In this document: piece by piece, positions 19,301-26,067 of the stretch
Position numbering within the stretch: position 1 is the first letter of the stretch
Layout of the letters: each line of letters opens with the position of its first letter
The notes under the pieces: generated by a model
The model's database searches: none
Seen by the model: only the letters and a program-made list of their open reading frames with translations
Told to the model about the DNA's origin: nothing
Source of the DNA: a virus
Taxonomy: Duplodnaviria; Heunggongvirae; Uroviricota; Caudoviricetes
Length of the DNA: 64,000 bases
Virus record (IMG/VR): IMGVR_UViG_3300008108_000013
Strand: one strand, 5' to 3'
Program-made: the position numbers and the translations under genes

Positions 19301-22116
19301 GAAATAACAACAAATCCCTGATCACTAAATGTATAATCTTTTTCATACAGTAGTTGGTTGTCATTAAGATAAACGATAACTGCCTTATTTGATAATGTAT
19401 CTAAATTAAAATTATTTGTTAAAGGATATGTTTTTATTCTATAGTCAATTACTGTTAGTTCAGTTTTGATTCCGCCAGCGTATGGGATCATATCACTAAA
19501 ATAGTAAGGACTTGACTTTGGTTTATCTTTATTAATTTCTTGTAAAATTAGATTTACTAACTCTACCGGGTCAGTATCAATCCCAAGATTTTCTGCTACT
19601 GAAACAAAATTTCTTTTAAATTTATTATAGTCTTCTCTAGACGATTCAATGGCTCTGATAATGTTATTTGTATCGGATGTTACATGATACAAGACCAAGC
19701 TCATCGGGCCGCTGTGTTGAACAAACTTAGTTCCGAGATCAGAAACACCGCCTAAATCTCTGAGATTATTTGGTCCTGGAAACTGCCCTTCGAAATTTTC
19801 TAAATTTTCTACAATAGATCCAACATGATCAATAACTTCTCCAAGAGTAAAATCTCCTATATCGTTATTAGATGGATTATTTTGTAAATTTATAGGAACT
19901 TCGTAATAACCATTTTCATTAATAGGTTGGTTAGAATAACATTTGATTGTTAAAACGTCTGAATCTAGAATGTCATTATTTAAAATAATTGTTTTATATC
20001 GACCACTCGTTGAGATTGTATAGTCGGCAGGTTGTACAAACAATCCGTTAACAAATACCTTAACTCGAAGATCGCCTAAACTATCGATATCATCAAAAAT
20101 ATCGATATTAAAATTATTAAATTTGTTAGAATTTTTATAAATTCTTACTGCTGGTTGTACATCAAATGTACGGGCTGTAGTCCAACCGTTAATATATCCA
20201 GCGTCAGTATCTTCATAATTAAAAAGATAACCTACTTTAATTTGTTTATCTTTGATATCAACTATATCTTTGTATTGAAACTTATCAGTTGCTAAATTAA
20301 AATTAAAAACAATATCCCCAATATTGGTTATGTTTTTATAAGACAATGGAAATCCTAAAGTTGCGTCGTTAGCACCTGTTCCTTGCTTATAAGAAAAGAG
20401 TTTAGTTCCCTTAAATGTCGATCCGTCATAAACAGTTTTATCTCCAAAGCTATGTCCAGTTTCGTCAAATACATCGAACATAGGAGATTGATTTACTGAA
20501 GTTTTTTGCTGACCTAGATTCCATTGATCTCCATCATACCAATACATCTGTCCTTTATTCTTATTCCCCTGGCGGATCAATACTAGATCGTTTGTAACTG
20601 GTAGCTCTTGCTCTACTAAATGTATTTTTCGTACGCCGTCGAGTAATAAAAAATCAACCTTATAAATTCTGTTCCTAACTAGTCTGTCGGTATCAGCAGT
20701 AAACAACACACGCTGACCTTGAGCTAGTTGAATTCCGTCAACGTTATATCCTAGCTGGCCTTCTACCATAGAAAAAACATCAACAGTATAATCGTCAATC
20801 ACATCTACATCGCCGAGGGCTCTAGTTCCAAAATTATAAAGTTTAATATTTGGTTCGAACTCGATAATAGGTCTAGTTGCTCTAGCTGATTGATCTATAG
20901 AAGCTACTTTATTGTTATAAGTTGCACTTTTCTCAATGACATCTTTATGGAACCAACGATTATATCGACTCCAAGGATTCCTATCGGTACTAGCACGGTT
21001 AACAACAATGTAATCAGATTTTCCAGCGAATGAAATAGCATCGTCCCAAGGCTGGCTGTCAAATTTTCCGGAATCAAACGGTACAGATTGTTGATTAGTA
21101 TAGGTACTAATTAGTTCTAAAACTTTTTCGTTTACAAGACGGATAGACCTACCAACACCTTCTACATAATATTGTCCAACAGAATACTCAGCAGGACTGA
21201 CATTGCCCACAAATGAAACTTTCATTCCATTGCTTAATTTTGTTCCGTCTGATAATACGTATTCTTTCTTTCCTAAAATATCTGTCGAAATATCTAAAAC
21301 TGTATTTTCCTCGATAGATTCTACTTGAAAAACTCCGCCGAGATCGATATCTGTTTCACTCACATAATAAAGAATATCCGGACTATTATATGGTAAAGTA
21401 ATTTCAATTACGCCATTTTCTACAGCATATCCAGTTACACCAGGATTAATATATCGATCAAATGATTCGGGAGATCTTGCAGTCTTAATACTAAATGGAT
21501 TTCCTGGACTGTTAATTTCAAATCTATAAGTTTGTCCTCTAAACAATTTTAAAGTAGGGTTTTGTGTAGCACCGTCTGGGCTGAACACGTAAACATTATT
21601 ATCAGTTTCGGATTGTAAATCTACTTTATATGAACTTATAATATTTTCTTGTTGGCCAAATATTCTTACAGTATCTGGGCCATACGGTAACCAGTAATAA
21701 TTTTGAAAGTTAACAAATTTATCCCAGTCGATATGCGGATTCCAAGAATAAAATTCTTGGCGATTTAATCTATTATGATTTTTTGTGTTTGATCCGAATA
21801 CAGACAATTGGTTAATATAGTCTTGATAATCTTTGAAAAATACATTATTACCGATAGAGTCTTTAATTGTAAGAGCTGGTTCTAATTGGTAATCTTGTCT
21901 ATCTTTTGTCGAAGCAGTAATAAAAATATCAGAGCCGACGGCTGATTTTGCATTTTGGCGACCGATATAACCGTTTACTTTTTTAACAGTACCCGGTTGT
22001 ATTAACTGATCTATAGTGGCCTGTAAAAACTTTTTATTAGCATCTGTTTTAAAATAACGAGGTAATAAATCAGTTGCTGTTGTTTTTAAGTTTTTTATTT
22101 TCTTACTCTCAGCCAT
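7399..22116 (-). CDS. Giant baseplate wedge/structural protein (4905 aa), gp7-like position
   Basis: Uninterrupted 14.7-kb ORF directly downstream of the gp6-like gene. Contains CBM5/12-like W..Y..GD.V.Y motifs, FG-GAP-like propeller repeats (e.g. FGSSLAFG, FGTS, VGAPY), G-x-G-Y repeats and a coiled-coil insert. Confidence 0.7.
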   Translation of the reverse strand: MAESKKIKNLKTTATDLLPRYFKTDANKKFLQATIDQLIQPGTVKKVNGYIGRQNAKSAVGSDIFITASTKDRQDYQLEPALTIKDSIGNNVFFKDYQDYINQLSVFGSNTKNHNRLNRQEFYSWNPHIDWDKFVNFQNYYWLPYGPDTVRIFGQQENIISSYKVDLQSETDNNVYVFSPDGATQNPTLKLFRGQTYRFEINSPGNPFSIKTARSPESFDRYINPGVTGYAVENGVIEITLPYNSPDILYYVSETDIDLGGVFQVESIEENTVLDISTDILGKKEYVLSDGTKLSNGMKVSFVGNVSPAEYSVGQYYVEGVGRSIRLVNEKVLELISTYTNQQSVPFDSGKFDSQPWDDAISFAGKSDYIVVNRASTDRNPWSRYNRWFHKDVIEKSATYNNKVASIDQSARATRPIIEFEPNIKLYNFGTRALGDVDVIDDYTVDVFSMVEGQLGYNVDGIQLAQGQRVLFTADTDRLVRNRIYKVDFLLLDGVRKIHLVEQELPVTNDLVLIRQGNKNKGQMYWYDGDQWNLGQQKTSVNQSPMFDVFDETGHSFGDKTVYDGSTFKGTKLFSYKQGTGANDATLGFPLSYKNITNIGDIVFNFNLATDKFQYKDIVDIKDKQIKVGYLFNYEDTDAGYINGWTTARTFDVQPAVRIYKNSNKFNNFNIDIFDDIDSLGDLRVKVFVNGLFVQPADYTISTSGRYKTIILNNDILDSDVLTIKCYSNQPINENGYYEVPINLQNNPSNNDIGDFTLGEVIDHVGSIVENLENFEGQFPGPNNLRDLGGVSDLGTKFVQHSGPMSLVLYHVTSDTNNIIRAIESSREDYNKFKRNFVSVAENLGIDTDPVELVNLILQEINKDKPKSSPYYFSDMIPYAGGIKTELTVIDYRIKTYPLTNNFNLDTLSNKAVIVYLNDNQLLYEKDYTFSDQGFVVISAELQNDDKVTIWEFENTNGCCVPPTPTKLGIWPKYEPKKIYDTTLVNPRWMIQGHDGSLILAYNDYRDDLILELEKRIFNNIKIKYDSNIFDVQDLIPSFNKSNRYSLSEFNEVLSISFYQWSGLVSKDFTKPLGYSRDNSLTFNYKELPALDGSSPLPGYWRGVYQWMLGTDRPNLCPWEMLGFSIEPSWWQEVYGPAPYTSDNLIMWEDIADGLVKQPNSPTVYVEKYKRPYLKGRIPVDQDGNIISPLDSGLALGPITTSTANDFVFGDQSPVETAWRRSSYYPFSVMVASMLLQPATTLGTLLDRSRIVRNLAGQLIYKDTGVRITASDIVLPSIYSSTSNIKSSGIINYIVDYILSDNLRSYTEYQYNLKNIQAKLSYRIGSFSSKEKFKLLLDSKTPLSQSSVFVPQEDYEIILNSSSPIKKISYSGVVITKGADGFSVKGYSKTQPYFKYYPATNLGLLINIGGISEGFVEWTSQSTYSSGKVIFYNNRYYRSKVLHTTSDTFDSKYYQLLPSLPLIGGRDAYIRTEWDRTEEIVVPYGTRFRTIQEVVDFLLGYGEYLKDQGFIFDDFNAELNAITNWETSAKEFLFWTTQNWSTGEDQWDDWKPNEFVPVGSVVKYAGDYYKSVVTSDPSEVFQEDNFVKLDGLSDIGSAVISLSPAAIKLTFEAPLSVVDDIRNSFNGYEIFKVDGTPIQPNFLNNYREDNAVSYTPTEDGIYGATFYLVQKEQVVILNNSTLFNDTIYNPESGYRQEKIKVSGYVSSEWNGSFNIPGFIFDQAKIDDWESWKDYALGDIVKYKQFYYSASRFIPGEESFDNNKWIKLDQKPTPRLLPNWTYKAEQFTDFYSLDSDNFDGDQQAVAQHLVGYQKRQYLSNIIKDDVSEFKFYQGMIVEKGTQNVLNKLFDVLSADDKESVDFYEEWALRTGQYGASQAFENIEFIIDESDVKNNPQGYELVNQIDTSLVDFIVRQTPNEVYLKPVGYSNSPWPVAEDKPSFLRTPGYVRPSDVKYSFVSLDQVISTDITDYVEGDYVWVGFEGREWNVYRYSRLEQTVVDAAYSTNDKLLTLVLDKNTSVRIGDIIGIDQVSTFPGFYKVVDIDLKKIILSAPSITNFRTPFTEQNKIVISTFYSYRVKNVVNGNGSIDYAIDRADQVLKTAPNNGELLWIDDNGNNKWMTWQYNPIYSLDEIINTAPQEGLSYGRRIVLNPGANITAISNDLGEVIIYDKAGPVAPWLQRQTITVPFISKNTGFDDNATPASLTGDVIAISGDSRWLATGTPLANNVSSRLKYVGGSPLWSSVTSYAVGDIVIYNSKPYQAQFIVGLPANLNKNPETQTNFWKEISYIPVGEDSLSTNSNLTKQGVVSIYEKDANNIFTLVATIVSPHPLNNEKFGSSLAFGSDTLLVGSEGFQNDTGKVYRLTYKTTIEATTNYNPVGSSGQTLVVSSTANIRAGMHVLGNGFTTQYVAQVVNSTTLILNAPPDSDPSTILSFTVTGWRYDTSIVVGEPLQSGSRFGTSTIVSKDNSTLLVSAPGGVYDNNSENLSVEGDELIKIPGKVFVYKLASGQYSLYTVLTNGSPDYGTSITVSNTGQYIAVSSIFDDKETIDQGTVIVYKDNGTGYSQYQELYNLDPETAEFFGSKISFMNDYDTLVVYSEGSDTKTTMTIDLGSTTFDNNLTKIVDVAEDSGRIDVYDRYGSKWIFSESLVNGQDISTGYSTGLAVGSDVILVGAPYALDQGLSSGRVHEYRKPIGKFSWSVLHQETDRIDLSKIKRAFLYDRNTNKLVSYLDVIDSTQGRIPGLADQEIRYKTFYDPAIYSVGNSTVKIDEGMAWGKAQVGTLWWDLRTAKFYDSQDNDLVYRNSTWNTLFPGASVDIYEWVETTLTPSQWNSRADTDEGLITGVSGTTLYGNDVYGLIKKYDSVAKTFKNTYYYWVKNKKTIPNVNFRKIPANDVAELISNPRGYGYKYLALTSPNSFSLVNVKPLLQDSNIVLSVEYWTGNYDNKNIHNEWKIISNNPNSSIPRFIENKWFDSLCGKDEAGRLVPDTTLPPKIKYGIEFRPRQGMFVNRFEALKQFIEQINLVLINNLIVERSDLSSIEQFEKEPSEISGLYDSAIDSEEELRFTNIGTYEKAVLKPIINDGRITGIDIVQRGRGYLIAPYLTISGTGTGAVVRSVLDTRGRITGVEIISQGEGYSDQTTVTVRNYSILVHSDSTAYGNWSIYSYEPLSLTWSRVQTQSYDVRNYWSYVDWYAPGYNQFTAIDFSVSSFVDLNNLKTDIDQIVKIRTTNNGTWLLLRKYAESTSVDWTQSYEVIGSEKGTIQFNSNLYSFSNTQYGFDASLYDSSIFDNSASIELRIILNAIKNNILTDDLKQSYLDLFFNSVRYVLSEQNYVDWIFKTSFVKAKHSVGELKQKVTYNNDNLENFEDFINEVKPYRTKIREFISSYDKVDNSLLSTTDFDLPAVFEDGAITPIDVVVRNGIVQTNSNKLLEYPWKHWYDNLGYNITSIVVSSQGAGYVSEPVVRIISNSGSGARARAFITNGKVTRISLINRGSGYLDAPVIVLEGGLGTTGVQARAVAIIGDGVIRNNHIGIKFDRLTQRYFITSLQETETYSGSVAVSGSRLQFPLKWAPDIVNTFANNVKLGIETVTINDVEVLKSDYKLSTVKSTSRGYTSYSGLLTFDVAPARGSTVKINYTKDWSVLNAADRIQYYYDPVAGELGKELGQLMTGVDYGGVNVTGLSFEVGQGWDSVPYYTDKWDSSDTTFSDYIVTVAANTHSFTLPYVPPNGTEMNVYYSSKNIETYPGDGFTKIYNFNILNIYPPTVRVETTVEFDDTATTNVEGSNTITLVSVNNIQVGDIVTIIPDVEKTIGLDTKVIEVNTINKTVKLDQILFKDIETGTSAVFTRTLVDPIDCTINSNGTVFLNDAVPTGSNIVITAFFDPVRLDDPYYNSKTSAQETLADAQEVLTTKTNEYYTLVNSEVDLQEQLESLTDEIYQLQTELNALNVIIDGLDPSNPLYIESVNRINDLVNTEIPAVQDQIDSVSNDLSNLDQDIADKLAEKNHAQIEVNIAQDTYDSIPVLLNSTAIMQTIISDGIPDDLVNPTYKTFSIPSTFTVLDGDRFIWRKSTSDGSIVPQDTDYDTALSGGNLAYSTATGLAADDILVDGDGFVTPTSSPAPEEVVPGQIVDAVAIKVYDRPSAGSANIKVDSYIADGVTKEFAVSQQPNSPSALIVKFTTGERDEITDELVSVSSIKSLGEDFTFDYSNRLVTLNEAPPEGTLVSIFSFEFNGSKILDINYFIGDGVQTEFVTNAPYVDNITYQVYVDGQPAQPGNPALFETDLSYESPGRVGLYFSVPPANGSLVNFILISGNERTYSIATTEKFPGNGGSLYDLYYVVGDIVPVESSMLVRVNQRILKAPNSSYYTIEPGIVEYFIDPAKYLPYSISTDDIVVLADSQVLNGGVDYTVELSNISIVLNEYVAQNYIGKKLIIAVRRDQEYTYVPPTETEGPKIQFIENFDPSDSIEVISFYKHDILDIQRSRIRISSNLSLTPDTPEYYEYRGLTGGLIQLDRSVLDESYVWVVKNASLLTPSVDYKLNKDRHSIKLALPAKIDDDFTVITFSSNVLTSGVSYMQFKDMLNRVHFKRLNADKRTRLVKPLSYTDTTIEVEDASNFDLPSTANNKPGVVEIRGERIEYFSISGNVLGQLRRGTLGTGVPSLHPVNSYVQDIGASETLPYVESSVIDQVKADGTENVGLSFVPGNFDTSWRYQGRAMTAQEATGLAKSSIEAFVGGYSSVPWQSGVSYKVDDVVEVGTYTYKCVLAHTSSDNFKSDSTKWSFFVGNIRLKKDSYSVHSVAIHPESPEGDVVLDADFTVDNQTASLTLTNNLKLGTRVTVVKRTGTDWDSVTSILDEDNKISRFLKAAPVVWYATIGKYDSTLGDPNTFDRDDGTFDSTSITFDQG

Positions 22117-25100
22117 TATTTGCTCCGTAATTCGAACTTGTTACATTTTGCTGTTCTGACACTGTTGAATCTACAGTAGTGCCTGAAATCGATTTAATCG
22201 ATGTAGCAGTTATACCTTGTATTATCTCAATATCGTCAACAGTCGCACCATTGACAAACAATTGATCGCTTGCAGATTTAATTTCGAACAAACTTCCAAA
22301 CCCTAAACCACCCAATCTAGGTACTATAACAAAACTAGAAATGTCAGGGCTTAGTTGACTCATTACGTAGGTTGAAAGTTCTGTAAAATAAAATGTATCT
22401 CCAAAATCCCAATTTTCTAATGTAAAGAATTCTTCGATAGCAGTGATTACTCTAGTTTTAATATCGTTGTCAGACACAACACGATTAGGATTTTTAATAA
22501 CTTTAAAACTAGCTTGAACATCCTCAGTGGCAGAAGATCCGAATAAGACTTTATAACTCACCGGATGAAAAATAATCTCATCGCTGATAGCTTTAACAAG
22601 ATTTAAGTTCGAAGAAACTAAATCATATAATTCTAAAGAACTAGGAGGAAGTGGTTTATTAACTATAGATCCATTAATCCACTGTCTAAATCTAGTATCG
22701 TACGACTTGGTTAACACAAAAATATCAATAATATTGCTTACGCCCGGATCAATTCTTGATTCGTAATCAGCATTATGGTTATATTGAAATTTAAGATTGT
22801 CTCTGCCGATATAAATTTTATAATCCAATGTCGGGATCCACGGATTTGAAAGAGTTACATCTAATTTACAAACTGTATTTGTGTCTACAAAATAAAAATA
22901 TTTTCCGTTATCAGAGACTGAATAACTAGTAGGCTTTGTTCCTAAAATAGTTACTAGGCCAGAGGAGTTGTCAACATATTGATAATCTTCTTGTCCGGCA
23001 CTAATAATATATTTTTCTAAAACAATATATTTGTTTTGTAAAGAGATATTTCCAGATGCAGGTATGACTAATTCATTAAACATTTCTGGATTATCTACTA
23101 CACCATTATCATCTGAATCTCCGAATGCTATAATAATTTTTTTAGTATCTACGTACCCATCTAATCCGATGTATTCGCTAACAATGTCCCAGACCTTATC
23201 ATTAGTAAATGCTAGTGTGTTTTCCGGCTGAGTATTAACACTAAGGAATTTAATTGTATCTTTTATAACTGCATTATTTTTACTGTCGTAGACTTTGTTG
23301 CTGGAATCAAAATAGAATCTGATTTCCTTATCGCTTTCAAATACATATCTTTGAATTCGAGCTGTAACTGTATAATACTCGTTATCTGTAGTAAACAACA
23401 ATAACCAGCTAGCATCTTGTCTTTGATTTGTTTGGTCGCCTTGCTTACCTAAACTAAAATTATTTCGTGCATCAAGATTTAACTCAAAGACAATTTTCCA
23501 TTGCTGGTTTTCTGAATCATATCTTAGACCAAATGGCTTATTTGAAAAAATCAAATCAACCATTGTTGCAATCGTTGAAGTCTCAATGACTGTTCTCCAC
23601 CTTGGAATTATTTGTGTAATAATCGACCCTTGAGGAATTATTCTGTTTAATGTTATAGGACCAAAACCGTCAGAGTTTACACCTGTGCCGGCAGCGGTGC
23701 CGTCATCTTCAACTGTTATAGCTTCAGCCCATAAGACTGTCTCGGCGCCAGCAACTGTAGCTGATCCCGTAACTAGTCGATTAGAATTTTTTGTATCAAA
23801 GTATTTTCCTTCAGGAGCAGAGAACTTTATTAAACACCCCGATCTTAAATATTTTAAATCGTTAGAAGTAAATGTTCCGACTTTAAATATTGTATCTCCG
23901 GAACTAACATAACCAGTAGATAAGTTACTATCAGATGTTATATTATTCCAAATAATATCAAGACTTGAAGTAATAAACACAATAAAATTAGCGTAGTAAA
24001 AATTTTTAAGATTAGGATCTTTAAGAATATCAAATATTTGATTATAGATTATTCCCTCAATATCTGTTTTGTTTTGATAAGAAAACCGACTTGAAGATTT
24101 AAATTCTTCTCGATAAACGACCCCGTCGTTCGCAAATAAAATAGTCGAACTGTACTTTCCTGTAGGATCTGATAAATCAAAATATCGACTTATACCCGAA
24201 CTAGTTCTGTTAACTGCTTTAACTTTAGCTATTTGAGAGCTAGACGATAAAGGAGTTATGTTATAATCTTCCCCTGTAATCATTCTATTCTGTGTATAGT
24301 AAGTAGCAGGAGCATTTGCCTTAATGTCTTCGTTAGTTTCGGCTGCTGTTGCATTACTTACACTCGAGGCCAAGTTCATCGTGACTGATAAAGTCTCTTG
24401 CTGTCCAGTGTTTGATATATAAGGAAATGATATACTGATATTACGAATATCTTGTGTATTGATTGTATATTCCAATGCGTTGCTTATTCTGTAATAAACA
24501 CGGAATGTTCCCAGTGGAAGATCTCCAAAAGTACCATCACTAAACTGTAAACTTACGGCATCGTTATTTCTAGTAATCACAGAGTAAATCGATCTAATAC
24601 TTTTATTGACGCTGTTATAGATAATGTTGTTTGCTTCGAAATTACTAACAGGTGTCCACAAGACATCTTCGTTGCCATCTTTATCTAACTTGTATAACCA
24701 TACGTCGGTATTATTAATATTTTGTGCATCAATGTCAATAGATTCATTAGTACCAGGCTGTGATATAGTAAACGTTCCAGTGTTTAATTCGCCTTGAACA
24801 AATTTCATAAAGAAACCAGAACTAGAAGAACTTGGGCCGCGACCATCGTCTCTATATATACAGCTGATCTTATTGCCTAATTTTGGCTGTTCTTCATATA
24901 TGTAGGTCTGTCCGCTAAAGGATGTGCTTACTACTTCAAAAGACATAGGTCGGCCGGCAACGGTTTTTGTAAAACCAAAAACTGGTGCAGATTCTCCCAA
25001 GCTCTGGAAGCGATACTGTTCTGTAGGTATGCCGTAAATTGTGGCCTTGTCCGACGGATTACCAAATTGTTGTGTCTTAGAGAATCCGGCATTTATTACT

Positions 25101-25573
25101 TTTATAAACTGGTCGTACCAATTAGAGTTGCTAGGATCATTCCATGTAATAATTTGTCCGGACAGATTTCGTCCGTTACTATCGATGACATTCTCTGTTG
25201 TTGTTACTGATGTGAATTTTAAAAGACCTGTTGCCGCTATATTTCTCTTAGGATTATAACTAAGCATTCTTGCAAGTCTTAGAACACTCTCTCTACGCTC
25301 TGCTAATTCTAAGAAGTTGTCACGAGCATTTAAATCGACACGGAACGCTATGCTTTGGCCCAAGAACGCAATAAGGTCAATTAGGGCAAGGTATTCGCTG
25401 GATTCAATGTAATCGTTATAGTCTTCTGGATAGTTTTGACGGATATAATCGATCATTGTGCGACGTAAATTTTCAAAGTCGTAGCTTTGGAAATCTGCGT
25501 TGCGGAAACTTTGATATATCTTTTTCCAATCTTCCGCAATTAATAATCTGTTTTGTCTAGTAGTTACACTCAT
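22109..25573 (-). CDS. gp6: Baseplate wedge subunit, T4 gp6-like (~1154 aa; ATG 25573 preferred over the track start 25591)
   Basis: Motifs DFENLRRTMIDY...ESSEYLALIDLIAF...FLELAERRESVLRLARMLSYNP and ETNEDIKANAPATYYTQNRMITGEDY are typical of gp6. AGGA SD precedes ATG 25573, and the late promoter abuts 25591. Confidence 0.85.
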   Translation of the reverse strand: MSVTTRQNRLLIAEDWKKIYQSFRNADFQSYDFENLRRTMIDYIRQNYPEDYNDYIESSEYLALIDLIAFLGQSIAFRVDLNARDNFLELAERRESVLRLARMLSYNPKRNIAATGLLKFTSVTTTENVIDSNGRNLSGQIITWNDPSNSNWYDQFIKVINAGFSKTQQFGNPSDKATIYGIPTEQYRFQSLGESAPVFGFTKTVAGRPMSFEVVSTSFSGQTYIYEEQPKLGNKISCIYRDDGRGPSSSSSGFFMKFVQGELNTGTFTISQPGTNESIDIDAQNINNTDVWLYKLDKDGNEDVLWTPVSNFEANNIIYNSVNKSIRSIYSVITRNNDAVSLQFSDGTFGDLPLGTFRVYYRISNALEYTINTQDIRNISISFPYISNTGQQETLSVTMNLASSVSNATAAETNEDIKANAPATYYTQNRMITGEDYNITPLSSSSQIAKVKAVNRTSSGISRYFDLSDPTGKYSSTILFANDGVVYREEFKSSSRFSYQNKTDIEGIIYNQIFDILKDPNLKNFYYANFIVFITSSLDIIWNNITSDSNLSTGYVSSGDTIFKVGTFTSNDLKYLRSGCLIKFSAPEGKYFDTKNSNRLVTGSATVAGAETVLWAEAITVEDDGTAAGTGVNSDGFGPITLNRIIPQGSIITQIIPRWRTVIETSTIATMVDLIFSNKPFGLRYDSENQQWKIVFELNLDARNNFSLGKQGDQTNQRQDASWLLLFTTDNEYYTVTARIQRYVFESDKEIRFYFDSSNKVYDSKNNAVIKDTIKFLSVNTQPENTLAFTNDKVWDIVSEYIGLDGYVDTKKIIIAFGDSDDNGVVDNPEMFNELVIPASGNISLQNKYIVLEKYIISAGQEDYQYVDNSSGLVTILGTKPTSYSVSDNGKYFYFVDTNTVCKLDVTLSNPWIPTLDYKIYIGRDNLKFQYNHNADYESRIDPGVSNIIDIFVLTKSYDTRFRQWINGSIVNKPLPPSSLELYDLVSSNLNLVKAISDEIIFHPVSYKVLFGSSATEDVQASFKVIKNPNRVVSDNDIKTRVITAIEEFFTLENWDFGDTFYFTELSTYVMSQLSPDISSFVIVPRLGGLGFGSLFEIKSASDQLFVNGATVDDIEIIQGITATSIKSISGTTVDSTVSEQQNVTSSNYGANNG

Positions 25574-25591
25574 GATCTGTCCTAATAACAA

Positions 25592-25599
25592 TATTTATC
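25592..25599 (-). promoter_or_regulatory. T4-type late promoter (GATAAATA)
   Basis: 18 nt upstream of the gp6-like ATG; overlaps the palindrome TTTATCGATAAA (25594-25605). Confidence 0.65.
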
Positions 25600-25620
25600 G
25601 ATAAAAATTATCTGCGTATA

Positions 25621-26064
25621 TTATCCTACAAGTAATCCGTTGGCTTGATCAAATCGTAGTTGCATCGCTTGGCTGATGTTGTACGGCAAATAGGTAAGCA
25701 CACATTCGATCTGTATTCCAGATTCGTATTGTGTAATGATAGGATTTTCTGCCCTGACCCGAGGATCGTAGTTTACAATTTCGTTGACGTTTTGAACTAT
25801 TAGATCTTTTAGTTCTTCTGTAAGAGGTTCAAACAACAAGTCCCATATAATTGTGCCGAATGTAGGATTCATCAAGCGTTCGCCTTGCCGTGTATAAAAA
25901 TGATTTAATATATCTTGTTGTATCAGTTGAAAATCATATAAAGAAAAATTTTCTGTATCAGTACTAACTGTGCTAAAACCTTTATAAGTCTTAGGAGTAA
26001 TTAATTCATTTCTAATGTTAGGTTTTAAAATTACCTTATCGTATAAATTTGCATTTGTTCCCAT
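25621..26064 (-). CDS. gp25: Baseplate wedge subunit gp25-like (147 aa)
   Basis: IQQDILNHFYTRQGERLMNPTFGTIIWDLLFEP...YDPRV matches the gp25/GPW family signature. Confidence 0.9.
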   Translation of the reverse strand: MGTNANLYDKVILKPNIRNELITPKTYKGFSTVSTDTENFSLYDFQLIQQDILNHFYTRQGERLMNPTFGTIIWDLLFEPLTEELKDLIVQNVNEIVNYDPRVRAENPIITQYESGIQIECVLTYLPYNISQAMQLRFDQANGLLVG

Positions 26065-26067
26065 GCT

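Noticed and set aside
25574-25591. Extended start at 25591 of the gp6-like gene given in the ORF track (likewise 36676 for the 302-aa ORF)
   Set aside because: These starts abut the late promoter, while the downstream ATGs (25573, 36694) have proper SD sequences.
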